32,000 nucleotides of DNA from Ferroglobus placidus DSM 10642 (GCF_000025505.1 NC_013849.1:720001-752000), one strand, 5' to 3'. Shown: positions 24,122 to 32,000, numbered from the stretch's first letter. Notes: generated from the sequence alone by a model not told the origin. Program-made: numbers and translations.

Positions 24122-24565
24122 TCACTTCTTCCTCCTCTGCACTCCGACCGTCTGTCCAGTTCTTCCAGTTGACCTCGTCCTCTGCCCTCTAACCTTGTAT
24201 CCTTTCGCATGTCTGATTCCTCTGTAGGCTCTTATCTTTATCAACCTCTCAATGTCGAGTTTCTTAGCCAAATCGACATCTTTGCCGAGGAGGTGAAGGT
24301 CTTTGCCGGTGTAAAGGTCCTTCCTCCTGTTGAGCATCCAGGAAGGGAGCTCCTCTATGTTCTCCTCTACGAATTTCTTCAGCTTCTCGATTTCCTCATC
24401 GCTGAGGTTTCCGAGTTTTTCTCTCGCGTTCAATCCCAGGTGGTTAGTGATGGCTCTCGCCATCCTCAAACCTATACCCTTGATTCCCGTTAACGCGTGG
24501 ACTAAGGGTTTATTTCCGTCCAAATCCGTATCGGCGATTCTGACTATGTGCTTGAACTCCGCCAT
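24122..24565 (-). CDS. rps13: 30S ribosomal protein S13 (uS13)
   Basis: From internal Met20 the sequence is MAEFKHIVRIADTDLDGNK...GIGLRMA...YRGIRH. A GGTGAT SD lies immediately upstream. The ORF-track N-terminal extension is non-coding leader. Confidence 0.95.
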   Translation of the reverse strand: MAEFKHIVRIADTDLDGNKPLVHALTGIKGIGLRMARAITNHLGLNAREKLGNLSDEEIEKLKKFVEENIEELPSWMLNRRKDLYTGKDLHLLGKDVDLAKKLDIERLIKIRAYRGIRHAKGYKVRGQRTRSTGRTGQTVGVQRRKK

Positions 24566-24601
24566 GGGATCACCTTCTGAGTGGAGAGGTGGGAAAGATA
24601 G

Positions 24602-24610
24602 ATATTTAAA
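24602..24610. promoter_or_regulatory. Quasi-symmetric TATA element (ATATTTAAA) in a 63-bp divergent gap
   Basis: This is the only AT-rich box between the S13 ATG (24565, minus) and GTG 24629 (plus). Confidence 0.4.
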
Positions 24611-24628
24611 CGTTGCTCTCAAAGTCTT

Positions 24629-25132
24629 GTGATTTGCGGGATAGACGTCGGGATTAAAGAAAGTTTCGTTGCTGTAGTAGAAGGGAGAAGAATCGTTTAC
24701 CTCGGAAAATTAAAAGATTTGCCGCTCTGCGAAGCTTACGGAATCGACGCACCTTTAAGTTACGAAGAACCATTTAGAGACTGCGAAAGAGAACTTCTCA
24801 AAATGGGTATTCCGGTAATTCCACTCAACACGCCCTTCATGAAGGCTTTGCACAAAAAAGCTGTGGAAATTGTTGAAAAAATTGAGAGCAGGATCATCTT
24901 CGAAGTTTACCCCTACGCAACGAGAAAACTCCTCGGCTTTGCCTACAGCAAAAAGAGGAAAGAAGATAGAAAAAAGATAGAAGAAAGCTTGAAGAAATTC
25001 TTCGATTTTGAAAAAGAGCTGAACGAGCATGAGATAGACGCGTTAACGGCTGCTTTAACCGTGAAGCTATTCTTTGAAGGGAAAGCAAAAGAAGTAGGCA
25101 GAAAATGCAAAATTCTAATTCCTTCAGTTTAG
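24629..25132 (+). CDS. RNase H-like fold protein (DUF429-like predicted nuclease)
   Basis: It has an N-terminal ICGIDVG, a central YGIDAPLS and EVYPYATRK, and a C-terminal HEIDALTAALT. The family name is recalled and not verified. Confidence 0.45.
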   Translation: MICGIDVGIKESFVAVVEGRRIVYLGKLKDLPLCEAYGIDAPLSYEEPFRDCERELLKMGIPVIPLNTPFMKALHKKAVEIVEKIESRIIFEVYPYATRKLLGFAYSKKRKEDRKKIEESLKKFFDFEKELNEHEIDALTAALTVKLFFEGKAKEVGRKCKILIPSV

Positions 25133-25357
25133 CTTCGCACACTCAAGTTCCATAACTTCCGCTTTCGGCTTCCTTCTCTTAAAAGCGTAATCCTTGGCTG
25201 CGACGATAATTTCACAGAAAGGCTGACAAAAACCGTAAAGACTGGAGCAATTTTCCATCAAAGAGCACTCCAAAACCATAACAGATTTGCTCTCCGTGTC
25301 GACGTCAACTATTCCCTCCCTCCTACGAAGTTTTATTTTCAGTCTGATAGGGTTCAT
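25124..25357 (-). CDS. Hypothetical 77-aa Cys-containing protein
   Basis: The ORF carries five Cys residues (LECSLMENCSSLYGFCQPFCE...ELEC) and I recognise no family. Its 3' end overlaps the convergent gene by 9 nt. Confidence 0.35.
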   Translation of the reverse strand: MNPIRLKIKLRRREGIVDVDTESKSVMVLECSLMENCSSLYGFCQPFCEIIVAAKDYAFKRRKPKAEVMELECAKLN

Positions 25358-25532
25358 ACTGTTTCCCCCATATCATTATCATAGTTGTAATAATGTTCTT
25401 AGTATACTTTACTTACCTAATCCTATATATCTTTTTCGACAGCAAAAATCCAATAATAAAAAATCATCAATAATAATTTAAGAATAAACGGGCAGCGAAA
25501 TTTATATATTTAGAAGGGCTAAACTCCAAAGG

Positions 25533-26756
25533 ATGGTTGCGATAAAATTCCTCGGAGGGTGCAGGGAAGTAGGAAGGTCAGCGATAATGGTAGACTCGAT
25601 TATCTTAGACTACGGTCTAAAACCATCTGATCCTCCGGAGTTCCCATTAGATGGTATAGCTCCGAAGAGTTTGATCCTCTCTCACGGTCACCTCGATCAC
25701 GTTGGAGTGGCTCCAAACTTAATGGATTACGATCCTCTCGTTTACATGACTCCGCCAACCAGCGACTTAAGCTCAATTTTACTCAAAGACTCTCTCAACA
25801 TAATGGAAAATCCGCCCTACACAAAGAGACAGCTCAGACAGTTCGAAAGCAACACGAGATTTATCGGCTACGACGAACCCTTCCACATCGACGGCTGGGA
25901 GATAACGCTGTTCAACGCCGGACACATTCCGGGAAGCGCCAGCATATACATGGAAAGAGACGTGAGCATTCTATACACCGGAGACATAAGACTCGAGGAC
26001 ACGAGACTTCTTGAAGGAGCGGACACGAGTTATCCAGAAATCGACGTTCTGATAGTCGAGAGCACGTACTTCGGCGTTGAGCATCCGGACAGAAGAGAGC
26101 TTGAAAAAGCCTTCGTTGAAAGCGTGAAAGAAACTCTCGACAACGGAGGTTTCGCGATAATTCCAGCATTCGCTGTCGGAAGAACGCAGGAAGTTGCGAT
26201 GATTCTCGTCAAACACGGAATCACTCCATATGTGGATGGAATGGGCAACGAAGTTGCGAGAATTCTTGAAAGGTATCCAGAGTACATAAAGAGCGCTAAA
26301 GAGTTGAAAAAGACGATGAAGAAGGTTATTCCCGTAGAAAAGGGAAAGAGAGAGGAAATTCTGAAAGAGCCGGCAGCAATAGTAACAACAGCCGGCATGC
26401 TCAACGGCGGACCCGCTTTGTTCTACATCTCGAAGCTCTACAACGACAGCAGATCAAAGATAATCCTCACGGGATACCAGGTTGAAGGAACGAACGGAGA
26501 CAAAGCTCTGAAGAAGGGTGAAATAGACTTAGGAATGAAGACCGTGAAGCTGAAGATGAAAGTCGAGCAGTACGACTTCTCAGCTCACGCTGACGACAGT
26601 CAGCTAAAAGAGCTCGTTAAGAGAATAGCTAACAGAGGGGTTGAAGTAGCCTTCGCTGTCCACGGAGAAGATCCAGAAAGCTTTGCAAACTGGATGAGAG
26701 AGGAGCTCGGAATCGAGAGCTACGCTCCGAAGAACGGAGACGTTTTCGTTCTATGA
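25533..26756 (+). CDS. Beta-CASP MBL ribonuclease, aCPSF2-like (no KH domains)
   Basis: It has LSHGHLDHVG, NAGHIPGSA and the beta-CASP motifs ESTY...D, FSAHAD and VHGE. It is 407 aa. An AAATTTATATATT TATA-like element lies upstream. Confidence 0.8.
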   Translation: MVAIKFLGGCREVGRSAIMVDSIILDYGLKPSDPPEFPLDGIAPKSLILSHGHLDHVGVAPNLMDYDPLVYMTPPTSDLSSILLKDSLNIMENPPYTKRQLRQFESNTRFIGYDEPFHIDGWEITLFNAGHIPGSASIYMERDVSILYTGDIRLEDTRLLEGADTSYPEIDVLIVESTYFGVEHPDRRELEKAFVESVKETLDNGGFAIIPAFAVGRTQEVAMILVKHGITPYVDGMGNEVARILERYPEYIKSAKELKKTMKKVIPVEKGKREEILKEPAAIVTTAGMLNGGPALFYISKLYNDSRSKIILTGYQVEGTNGDKALKKGEIDLGMKTVKLKMKVEQYDFSAHADDSQLKELVKRIANRGVEVAFAVHGEDPESFANWMREELGIESYAPKNGDVFVL

Positions 26757-27385
26757 TTCTATTAGTTTCGGATATTCACTCCAACAACCTCGTTTTTGAT
26801 AAAATTCTCGAAAAAGAAGAGTTCGAAGCTATCTTCGTTTGCGGTGACATAACCGACTTTAGGGGAGAAGACATTCTCTCCTTCGAAAGGGTTGTTAGGG
26901 AATACGATGTTCCGTGCTTCGCCGTCCACGGAAATTGCGACGACAACCTGGCTGTAAAACTCCTTGAAAGTTCGGAAGTGATAACTTTTCTCCACGGAAG
27001 AAGCGTCGAGTTCAACGGCTTTCTAATCCACGGAGTCGGAGGATCGAACAGAACTCCCTTTTACACACCCTCGGAGTATTCTGAAGAGTACATAGATAGC
27101 GTGCTGAAGAGATTCAAAATAAGCGGGAAAGATATCTTGCTCGCTCACTGCCCACCCTACGGAATACTCGACAGAACTTACGAAGGAATTCACGCTGGCT
27201 CCACTTCGATAGCCATGCACGTCAAAAAATTCAGATTTGTTTTCTGCGGTCACATCCACGAGGCGAGGGGTGTTGAAAGAATTAAAAATACGATACTCGT
27301 AAATCCGGGCTCGGCTGCTTCTGGAAACTACGCTCTGGTTGATCTCGAAAGTTCGAAAGTGTATCTAAAGAACGTTTACGAGTAG
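26753..27385 (+). CDS. Calcineurin-like metallophosphoesterase (MJ0936/YfcE type)
   Basis: It has VSDIHSN, CGDITD, HGNCD and GHIHE. Its start makes an ATGA overlap with the beta-CASP gene. Confidence 0.85.
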   Translation: MILLVSDIHSNNLVFDKILEKEEFEAIFVCGDITDFRGEDILSFERVVREYDVPCFAVHGNCDDNLAVKLLESSEVITFLHGRSVEFNGFLIHGVGGSNRTPFYTPSEYSEEYIDSVLKRFKISGKDILLAHCPPYGILDRTYEGIHAGSTSIAMHVKKFRFVFCGHIHEARGVERIKNTILVNPGSAASGNYALVDLESSKVYLKNVYE

Positions 27386-28212
27386 TGGTGTTTCTGGGGG
27401 TGCAGCTTTTCTATAAGCTCCGTGTCGAAGATTTCCTCTTTTTTCGGCATTTTCTCTGTGTAGCCGAGTTTTTTCATAACCTTAAGCAGTTTCATCGTGC
27501 AGTTTACGTATTCTTTTGGGAGAGAAGAGCAGTACTTCGGACTTAGCGAGAGAATCTCCTCCATCGTTTTTGGATCAATTAAATTTTTGAAATATTCACT
27601 TAAATCTCTCGAAACCATATCCCTCGCTTCTCTGAGTAAATTGCAAGCCCATTCGTGTTTAATGAGGAAATCTACGAGCTTTCTTTTTTCTAAAGCATCC
27701 TTTCTAACGACTATTCCGTAGCTCGGATTGAAGGGAAACAGCTCGTTTGGATAGTAGAAGATCTTAGCTCCGTATTTTTTCGCTAAAACAATAAGATTTG
27801 GAGTTCCGCAAACGGCATCGAGCTTCCCATCCACGAAATCTTCGAGAATCATGTCAGCCCAAGGATAGTTTACAACCTCAGCCTCAACGTTCTCTTTTTC
27901 GAGCGTTGCTCTCAAAATAACGTCGTGAATGCTTCCTTTAGACGGGACTCCAATTTTAGCTCCTTCCAGCTTCCTTCCGGCTATGGCAGTTCCTTCCACG
28001 TGCCCTCCGGCTATGCAAACAACATTCACCCCTCTCGAAATTCCGAGAATCGTCGGAGTCAGCCCAACGTAAGCCAGATCTATTTCTTTTTTCTCAAAAG
28101 CGTTTATTATATCTACGCCGGTCCCGAAAAGCTTCCACTCCGCTTCGATAACTTTATAGTGGCGGAGTAAGTGGGATGTGTGGTAGGCTGTGGATAAAAA
28201 ACCAATTCTCAT
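27376..28212 (-). CDS. Type-2 periplasmic-binding-protein fold protein (SsuA/NMT1/TauA-like) without signal peptide
   Basis: It has MRIGFLSTAYHTS...FGTGVDIINAFEKKEIDLAYVGLTPTILG...CIAG. ATG 28212 makes an ATGA overlap with the mtaB stop. The ORF track starts at TTG 28218. Confidence 0.5.
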   Translation of the reverse strand: MRIGFLSTAYHTSHLLRHYKVIEAEWKLFGTGVDIINAFEKKEIDLAYVGLTPTILGISRGVNVVCIAGGHVEGTAIAGRKLEGAKIGVPSKGSIHDVILRATLEKENVEAEVVNYPWADMILEDFVDGKLDAVCGTPNLIVLAKKYGAKIFYYPNELFPFNPSYGIVVRKDALEKRKLVDFLIKHEWACNLLREARDMVSRDLSEYFKNLIDPKTMEEILSLSPKYCSSLPKEYVNCTMKLLKVMKKLGYTEKMPKKEEIFDTELIEKLHPQKHHYS

Positions 28213-29477
28213 GAGCAAAGTTCTCCAACGAGGTAATTAAACTTTGCATCGACAACTTTAGCTCTGTAAAACTCACCAATTGTTCCTTCTTCGAGCACCA
28301 CCGGTCGGTAAGAGTCGGCTCTTGCCAAAAGCGTTTCGTTCTTACCCCTTTTCGTAACCAGCACTCTCAACTTCTTCCCAACGAATTTCAAGTTGTTCTC
28401 AAGTCCAATTTCCTCGCAGATCTTTGTAAGCTTTCTGCTCCTCTCCTTCTTTATCCAATCCGGAATGTCTTTGAGCTTTGCCGCCAAAGTTCCTTCTCTC
28501 GGAGAGAACCTCGTTATGTTAACTATGTCCGGCTTAACCCTCTTTATTAGCTCGACTGTCTTTTCAAAGCTTTCTTCGCTCTCTGTTGGAAAGCCGACGA
28601 TTACATCTGTAGAAAGCAGAACGTCGTCGAAAGCTTTTCTGAAAGCACTAACCACTTCTTCGAAATCTTCGACGGTGTGACCTCTTCTCATATCCATTAA
28701 AACCTTGTTATCTCCGCTTTGAACCGGTAAATGAAGAAATTTGTAGATTTTTTCACTCTTAAAAGCTTCGATGAGATCGTCGAGAATTTCCATCGCGTGC
28801 TGCGGGTTCATCATTCCCACTCTAACCCTGAAATCTCCCTCTATTTCGGATATCTTTTCGAGCAAGTCCGGAAGCCTGTAGCCTTTGTCTTTCCCGTAAG
28901 CTCCGGTGTCTTGGGAGGTGAGCTGAATTTCTTTGTAGCCCATCTCAACGACTTTTTTAACCTCCTCAACTATCTTCTCAATTGAGAAACTCCTCAATCT
29001 CCCCCTCGCTATTTTCGTCGCACAGTAGCTGCAATTTCCTAAGCAACCTTCGGAAATAGATACGATAGCTATAGCATTCTCTTTCAATCTGCATTTTACA
29101 CCGCTGATTTCAGCCTTATCGACTCTGCTCACGTTTATTATCTCAACTCTTTCACCGTTCAAAACAGCCTTTACCGCTTCGTTAATTCTGTGAACGTTGT
29201 CCGGACTAACGAGAGCGTCAGCAATTTTCAACCTCTTTCTCGCTATCCTGGCTAAGCAGCCGGCGGCGATAACTTTCTTCCCCATCCCCTTAATCTCTTC
29301 AATCCTCCTCAAGATCTTTCTCTCTGTAAAACCAATTACCCCGCAGGTGTTTACAATAACAACATCAGCTTCCTCTGCCGAATCAGCGAAAGCATACTCC
29401 CGGCTAAGCAAGCCACGCATGATGTCCGAATCAGCCTGATTCATCGTGCAGCCGTAGGTTTCGATGTAAACCTTCAT
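28209..29477 (-). CDS. mtaB: Radical-SAM methylthiotransferase, archaeal MtaB/CDKAL1-like (ms2t6A37 synthase)
   Basis: It has the UPF0004 N-domain MKVYIETYGCTMNQADS...NTCGV, the radical SAM motif CLGNCSYC, and a C-terminal TRAM-like domain. I prefer ATG 29477, which has a TTTTAATAT TATA-like element about 30 nt upstream. Confidence 0.85.
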   Translation of the reverse strand: MKVYIETYGCTMNQADSDIMRGLLSREYAFADSAEEADVVIVNTCGVIGFTERKILRRIEEIKGMGKKVIAAGCLARIARKRLKIADALVSPDNVHRINEAVKAVLNGERVEIINVSRVDKAEISGVKCRLKENAIAIVSISEGCLGNCSYCATKIARGRLRSFSIEKIVEEVKKVVEMGYKEIQLTSQDTGAYGKDKGYRLPDLLEKISEIEGDFRVRVGMMNPQHAMEILDDLIEAFKSEKIYKFLHLPVQSGDNKVLMDMRRGHTVEDFEEVVSAFRKAFDDVLLSTDVIVGFPTESEESFEKTVELIKRVKPDIVNITRFSPREGTLAAKLKDIPDWIKKERSRKLTKICEEIGLENNLKFVGKKLRVLVTKRGKNETLLARADSYRPVVLEEGTIGEFYRAKVVDAKFNYLVGELCS

Positions 29478-29526
29478 TTCCAGCAATTTTACACTTTGCG
29501 GATATTAAAATTAGCGGATGCAAGGG

Positions 29527-29931
29527 TCAAGGAATAACATTCACACCTTTAGAGAGAGCTTGTTTTCTGAGTTTTTCATCGAACGTTGCGAGGTTTACTT
29601 TCTCCCTTACCGCAATTGATAAGATCACTTTGTCGTTGTACCTCGAAAGAGACAGTCCCTCACTTGCTACCGTCTCTAGAGCGTAAGTTACGTCGGAAAG
29701 TCTTTCCGAAATTATCTTCGACTTGTAGTGACTACAATATTCCTCTACTTTGTACAGCACATCGTTAGGATTAACGTTCAAAGCCTTCAAAACCCACACA
29801 TACTCGTGAAGAACTATCGTCGGTATCATCCAAATATCTAAACCGTTTAAGAGCCTTCTCGCTTCTTTATGATATTCGCTGTCTTCAAACGTATCGTACA
29901 CAAGTACGTTTGTATCTATTATCGCTCTCAT
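29527..29931 (-). CDS. vapC: PIN-domain toxin VapC
   Basis: MRAIIDTNVLVYDTFEDSEYH carries the first acidic residue motif, and later acidic residues fall in the conserved spacing. It overlaps vapB by 4 nt. Confidence 0.85.
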   Translation of the reverse strand: MRAIIDTNVLVYDTFEDSEYHKEARRLLNGLDIWMIPTIVLHEYVWVLKALNVNPNDVLYKVEEYCSHYKSKIISERLSDVTYALETVASEGLSLSRYNDKVILSIAVREKVNLATFDEKLRKQALSKGVNVIP

Positions 29932-30155
29932 AGGTTCTCACTTAAACCCTTTGTCATCAAATTCTCTATATCTTCCGGTGTAAGCCTTCTGCCAACTTTT
30001 AAAGTTCTTCTTTCTTCTTTTACTTTTCTTATTATTATCACTTCTTTATTTTTATCGTACTCGACCTCCAGTAGATCCCCTATCTTCAATCCCATTTTCT
30101 TCCTAACCTCCGCCGGTATAGTAATTTGATAATTTCTCGTAATTTTCACTCTCAT
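29928..30155 (-). CDS. vapB: AbrB/SpoVT-fold antitoxin VapB
   Basis: MRVKITRNYQITIPAEVRKKMGLKIGDLLEVEY is a swapped-hairpin AbrB motif. A CTTATAAAG TATA-like element lies about 25 nt upstream, consistent with a leaderless transcript. Confidence 0.85.
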   Translation of the reverse strand: MRVKITRNYQITIPAEVRKKMGLKIGDLLEVEYDKNKEVIIIRKVKEERRTLKVGRRLTPEDIENLMTKGLSENL

Positions 30156-30248
30156 ACTACGATTTGAAATATAGTAACTTTATAAGCATTACTATCACTC
30201 CGCACGATCGAAAATAACAAGCTTTAGTACAGAAGAAAGTTTAAAATT

Positions 30249-31253
30249 TTAAATCCTAAAAACCCTCCCAGCTTTGTAAAGTCTGTTCATTATCGCCTTT
30301 CCAATTCCCTTCTCCTCAACACCTTGAACGATTATCACGTCGCACTCTTTATCGAGCTCTCTGAGAACTTTGAAAAGATTTTTAGCCATCTCTTCTAAAT
30401 TCCTACCAAAATTTTTGTAAATAACGTCATTCCTTTTTTCTTCCAAATTCAAACCAGCAACTCCAACTCTATACCCTTTCTTTACGAAATCTTCGGCAAT
30501 TTGCGTAGCTTTTTTTAAAAAATTCTTTCCGACGAGAACTATCGTTTCAGCGTCTGGAGCGTAATGCTTATACTTCATCCCCGGACTTTTAGCCACGCTG
30601 AAATCTTCGGCATACTTAACGTCAACGTATTCTTCAAGCTCCTCCTTAGTTATTGCTCCAGGTCTGAGTATTTCTACCGGATAAACGGTCGTGTCAACGA
30701 CGGTAGATTCCAAGCCTATCTTCGTCTCGCCACCATCTATAATTACATCTACAAGATTGCCGAGATCCTCAAGCACGTGCTCAGCTTTAGTTGGACTCGG
30801 CTTTCCGCTTTTGTTTGCCGATGGAGCAGCAATCGGAGTTTCGCTAAGCTCTATAAGTTTCAAAGCTACCTTGTGATCGGGCATTCTTACAGCCACAGTG
30901 TCTAAGCCGGCTGTGGTAATCTTCGGGACTTTCTTATTCTTCATCACGAGAGTTAGCGGACCGGGAAAAAAAGCATCGATAAGCTTTTTCGCAATTTCGT
31001 TTGGTTGAGCAATCTCGTAAATCTGATCAACGCTGCTAACGTGAACTATCAAAGGATTGTCTGCCGGTCTCCCCTTAACTTCGAAAATTTTTCTCACAGC
31101 CTTTTCGTTTAACGCATCAGCCCCGAGCCCGTAAACGGTTTCAGTCGGAAAAGCAACCAAATTACCTTTCTTTATCTCTTCAGCAGCAATTCCGATTTTG
31201 TCATCCTCCGGATTTTCCGGATCGACTTTTATTATCCTCGTCCTTATTTTCAT
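30249..31253 (-). CDS. sua5: Threonylcarbamoyl-AMP synthase Sua5/TsaC (YrdC domain plus Sua5 C-terminal domain)
   Basis: It has VAFPTETVYGLGADA, KGRPADNPLIVH, APSANKSGKPSPT, and a ~120-aa C-terminal Sua5 domain. Confidence 0.9.
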   Translation of the reverse strand: MKIRTRIIKVDPENPEDDKIGIAAEEIKKGNLVAFPTETVYGLGADALNEKAVRKIFEVKGRPADNPLIVHVSSVDQIYEIAQPNEIAKKLIDAFFPGPLTLVMKNKKVPKITTAGLDTVAVRMPDHKVALKLIELSETPIAAPSANKSGKPSPTKAEHVLEDLGNLVDVIIDGGETKIGLESTVVDTTVYPVEILRPGAITKEELEEYVDVKYAEDFSVAKSPGMKYKHYAPDAETIVLVGKNFLKKATQIAEDFVKKGYRVGVAGLNLEEKRNDVIYKNFGRNLEEMAKNLFKVLRELDKECDVIIVQGVEEKGIGKAIMNRLYKAGRVFRI

Positions 31254-32000
31254 AGCTTTTTCACCATGTATTCGAACTCCTTTTTATATCCCCTTCTCCT
31301 GTAATACTCCCTCACACCGACCCCGCTTATAACAGCTATTCTGTCGTACTTCTCCTTCGCTATCTCCTCAGCTTGCTTTAAAAGCTTCTCGCCAAAACCC
31401 CTGTGCTGAAAAGCTTCATTTTCTTCTTTACTTATCGGAACAGCCTCTCCGTAAACGTGCAGCTCCCTTATTAAAGCACAGTCTCTCAAAACATCTATAA
31501 ACGGTTCGTCTGGAAATCTCAGCCTTATAAAACCTATTAAGACGTCCTCGCTCGGAATTTCGTATGAAATAAAGAACTCCTTTCCATCAGAAGCCTTATA
31601 CTCTCTCACCACAAGTTCGAAATCCTTTTCTTCAAACTTCTTAAGCTTCAATCCAGCTTCTCTACACCTGATGCATCTGCAAGAATATCCAAGCTCTTTC
31701 AGCCTCTCGTGGACGAGCTGCCTTATGTTCCCCTTGTCTATCCCTATAGAAGCATTGACGGGAATGTCGCGCTGAATTCTCTGAATTCTTACGTATTCGG
31801 GAATGTACTTTTTAGCTTTCGCAATTAACTCAACGACCTCTTCAGTGGTGTAAGGCTCGTATTCTCCTCTCTCGTACATTTCGTAGAGCTTAGTCCCCCT
31901 AACGACTATGGTCGGATAAATTTTCAGGTAATCCGGCTTGAATTTTTCGTCTTGGAAGAGAATCTTGAACATCTTCAAATCCCTCTCGAAACTGCTTCCC
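31250..32000 (-). CDS. elp3: Elp3-type tRNA U34 modification enzyme (radical SAM plus GNAT); C-terminal half only, N-terminus off window
   Basis: It has FKPDYLKIYPTIVVRGTKLYEMY..., the Cys cluster GYSCRCIRCRE, and the GNAT motif QHRGFGEKLL. The frame stays open to position 32000. Its stop makes an ATGA overlap with the sua5 start. Confidence 0.85.
   Translation of the reverse strand, partial: GSSFERDLKMFKILFQDEKFKPDYLKIYPTIVVRGTKLYEMYERGEYEPYTTEEVVELIAKAKKYIPEYVRIQRIQRDIPVNASIGIDKGNIRQLVHERLKELGYSCRCIRCREAGLKLKKFEEKDFELVVREYKASDGKEFFISYEIPSEDVLIGFIRLRFPDEPFIDVLRDCALIRELHVYGEAVPISKEENEAFQHRGFGEKLLKQAEEIAKEKYDRIAVISGVGVREYYRRRGYKKEFEYMVKKL

Noticed and set aside
29419-29439. ATGATGT + 10 nt + CTGA, a partial C/D-like arrangement
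   Set aside because: The C box is imperfect, and there is no C'/D second half and no terminal stem. It lies inside and antisense to the mtaB coding sequence. Other UGAUGA hits in the window (for example near 2249, 8662, 16757, 28810 and 30912) also lack a correctly spaced CUGA.
1-32000. Search for tRNA, rRNA, transposase/integrase, IS termini, prophage or cas genes
   Set aside because: I recognised no T-arm GTTCRAATC-type signatures, rRNA-like segments, recombinase motifs or long terminal inverted repeats. The only accessory-looking element is the vapBC pair.

Overview
Gene-dense archaeal chromosomal window with about 47 protein genes; most junctions overlap or lie under 50 bp apart. Gene content points to a hydrogen-using member of the Archaeoglobales. 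The evidence is archaeal S13/S4/S11 plus RpoD, aEF-1beta, Elp3/Sua5/MtaB, methanofuran/H4MPT-type cofactor genes, a Vht-type membrane hydrogenase, HdrACB-MvhDGA, and CcmE with a CxxxY motif. GGAGGTGA-type ribosome-binding sites recur throughout. This taxonomic call is inference only, since no rRNA lies in the window. Layout: 1-5.2 kb on the minus strand holds MBL hydrolase, EF-1beta, a 52-aa Zn-ribbon, a kinase/ASKHA/MBL cofactor cassette, an AAA+ ATPase and a wHTH regulator. 5.3-8.8 kb holds small conserved genes, including a five-gene fully overlapping operon ending in Tpt1/KptA. 8.8-9.13 kb is an unusually long non-coding gap containing a GC-rich two-helix hairpin. 9.1-22.4 kb holds a wHTH regulator, vhtGACD, hdrACB-mvhDGA-protease, a C/D box sRNA candidate in a 66-bp spacer, then ccmEF. 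22.4-24.6 kb is the rpoD-S11-S4-S13 operon. 24.6-27.4 kb holds an RNase H-fold protein, a Cys-rich orphan, a beta-CASP RNase and a phosphoesterase. 27.4-32 kb holds an SBP-fold protein, MtaB, VapBC, Sua5 and partial Elp3. I saw no CRISPR array, transposase, integrase, tRNA or rRNA. I did not find a convincing wholly novel defence-type system. The best candidate for an undescribed functional module is the Tpt1-containing RNA-end operon, which rests on domain content and gene coupling only. The best unannotated elements are the C/D box sRNA, the hairpin, and the palindromic or repeated motifs upstream of the two hydrogenase operons.
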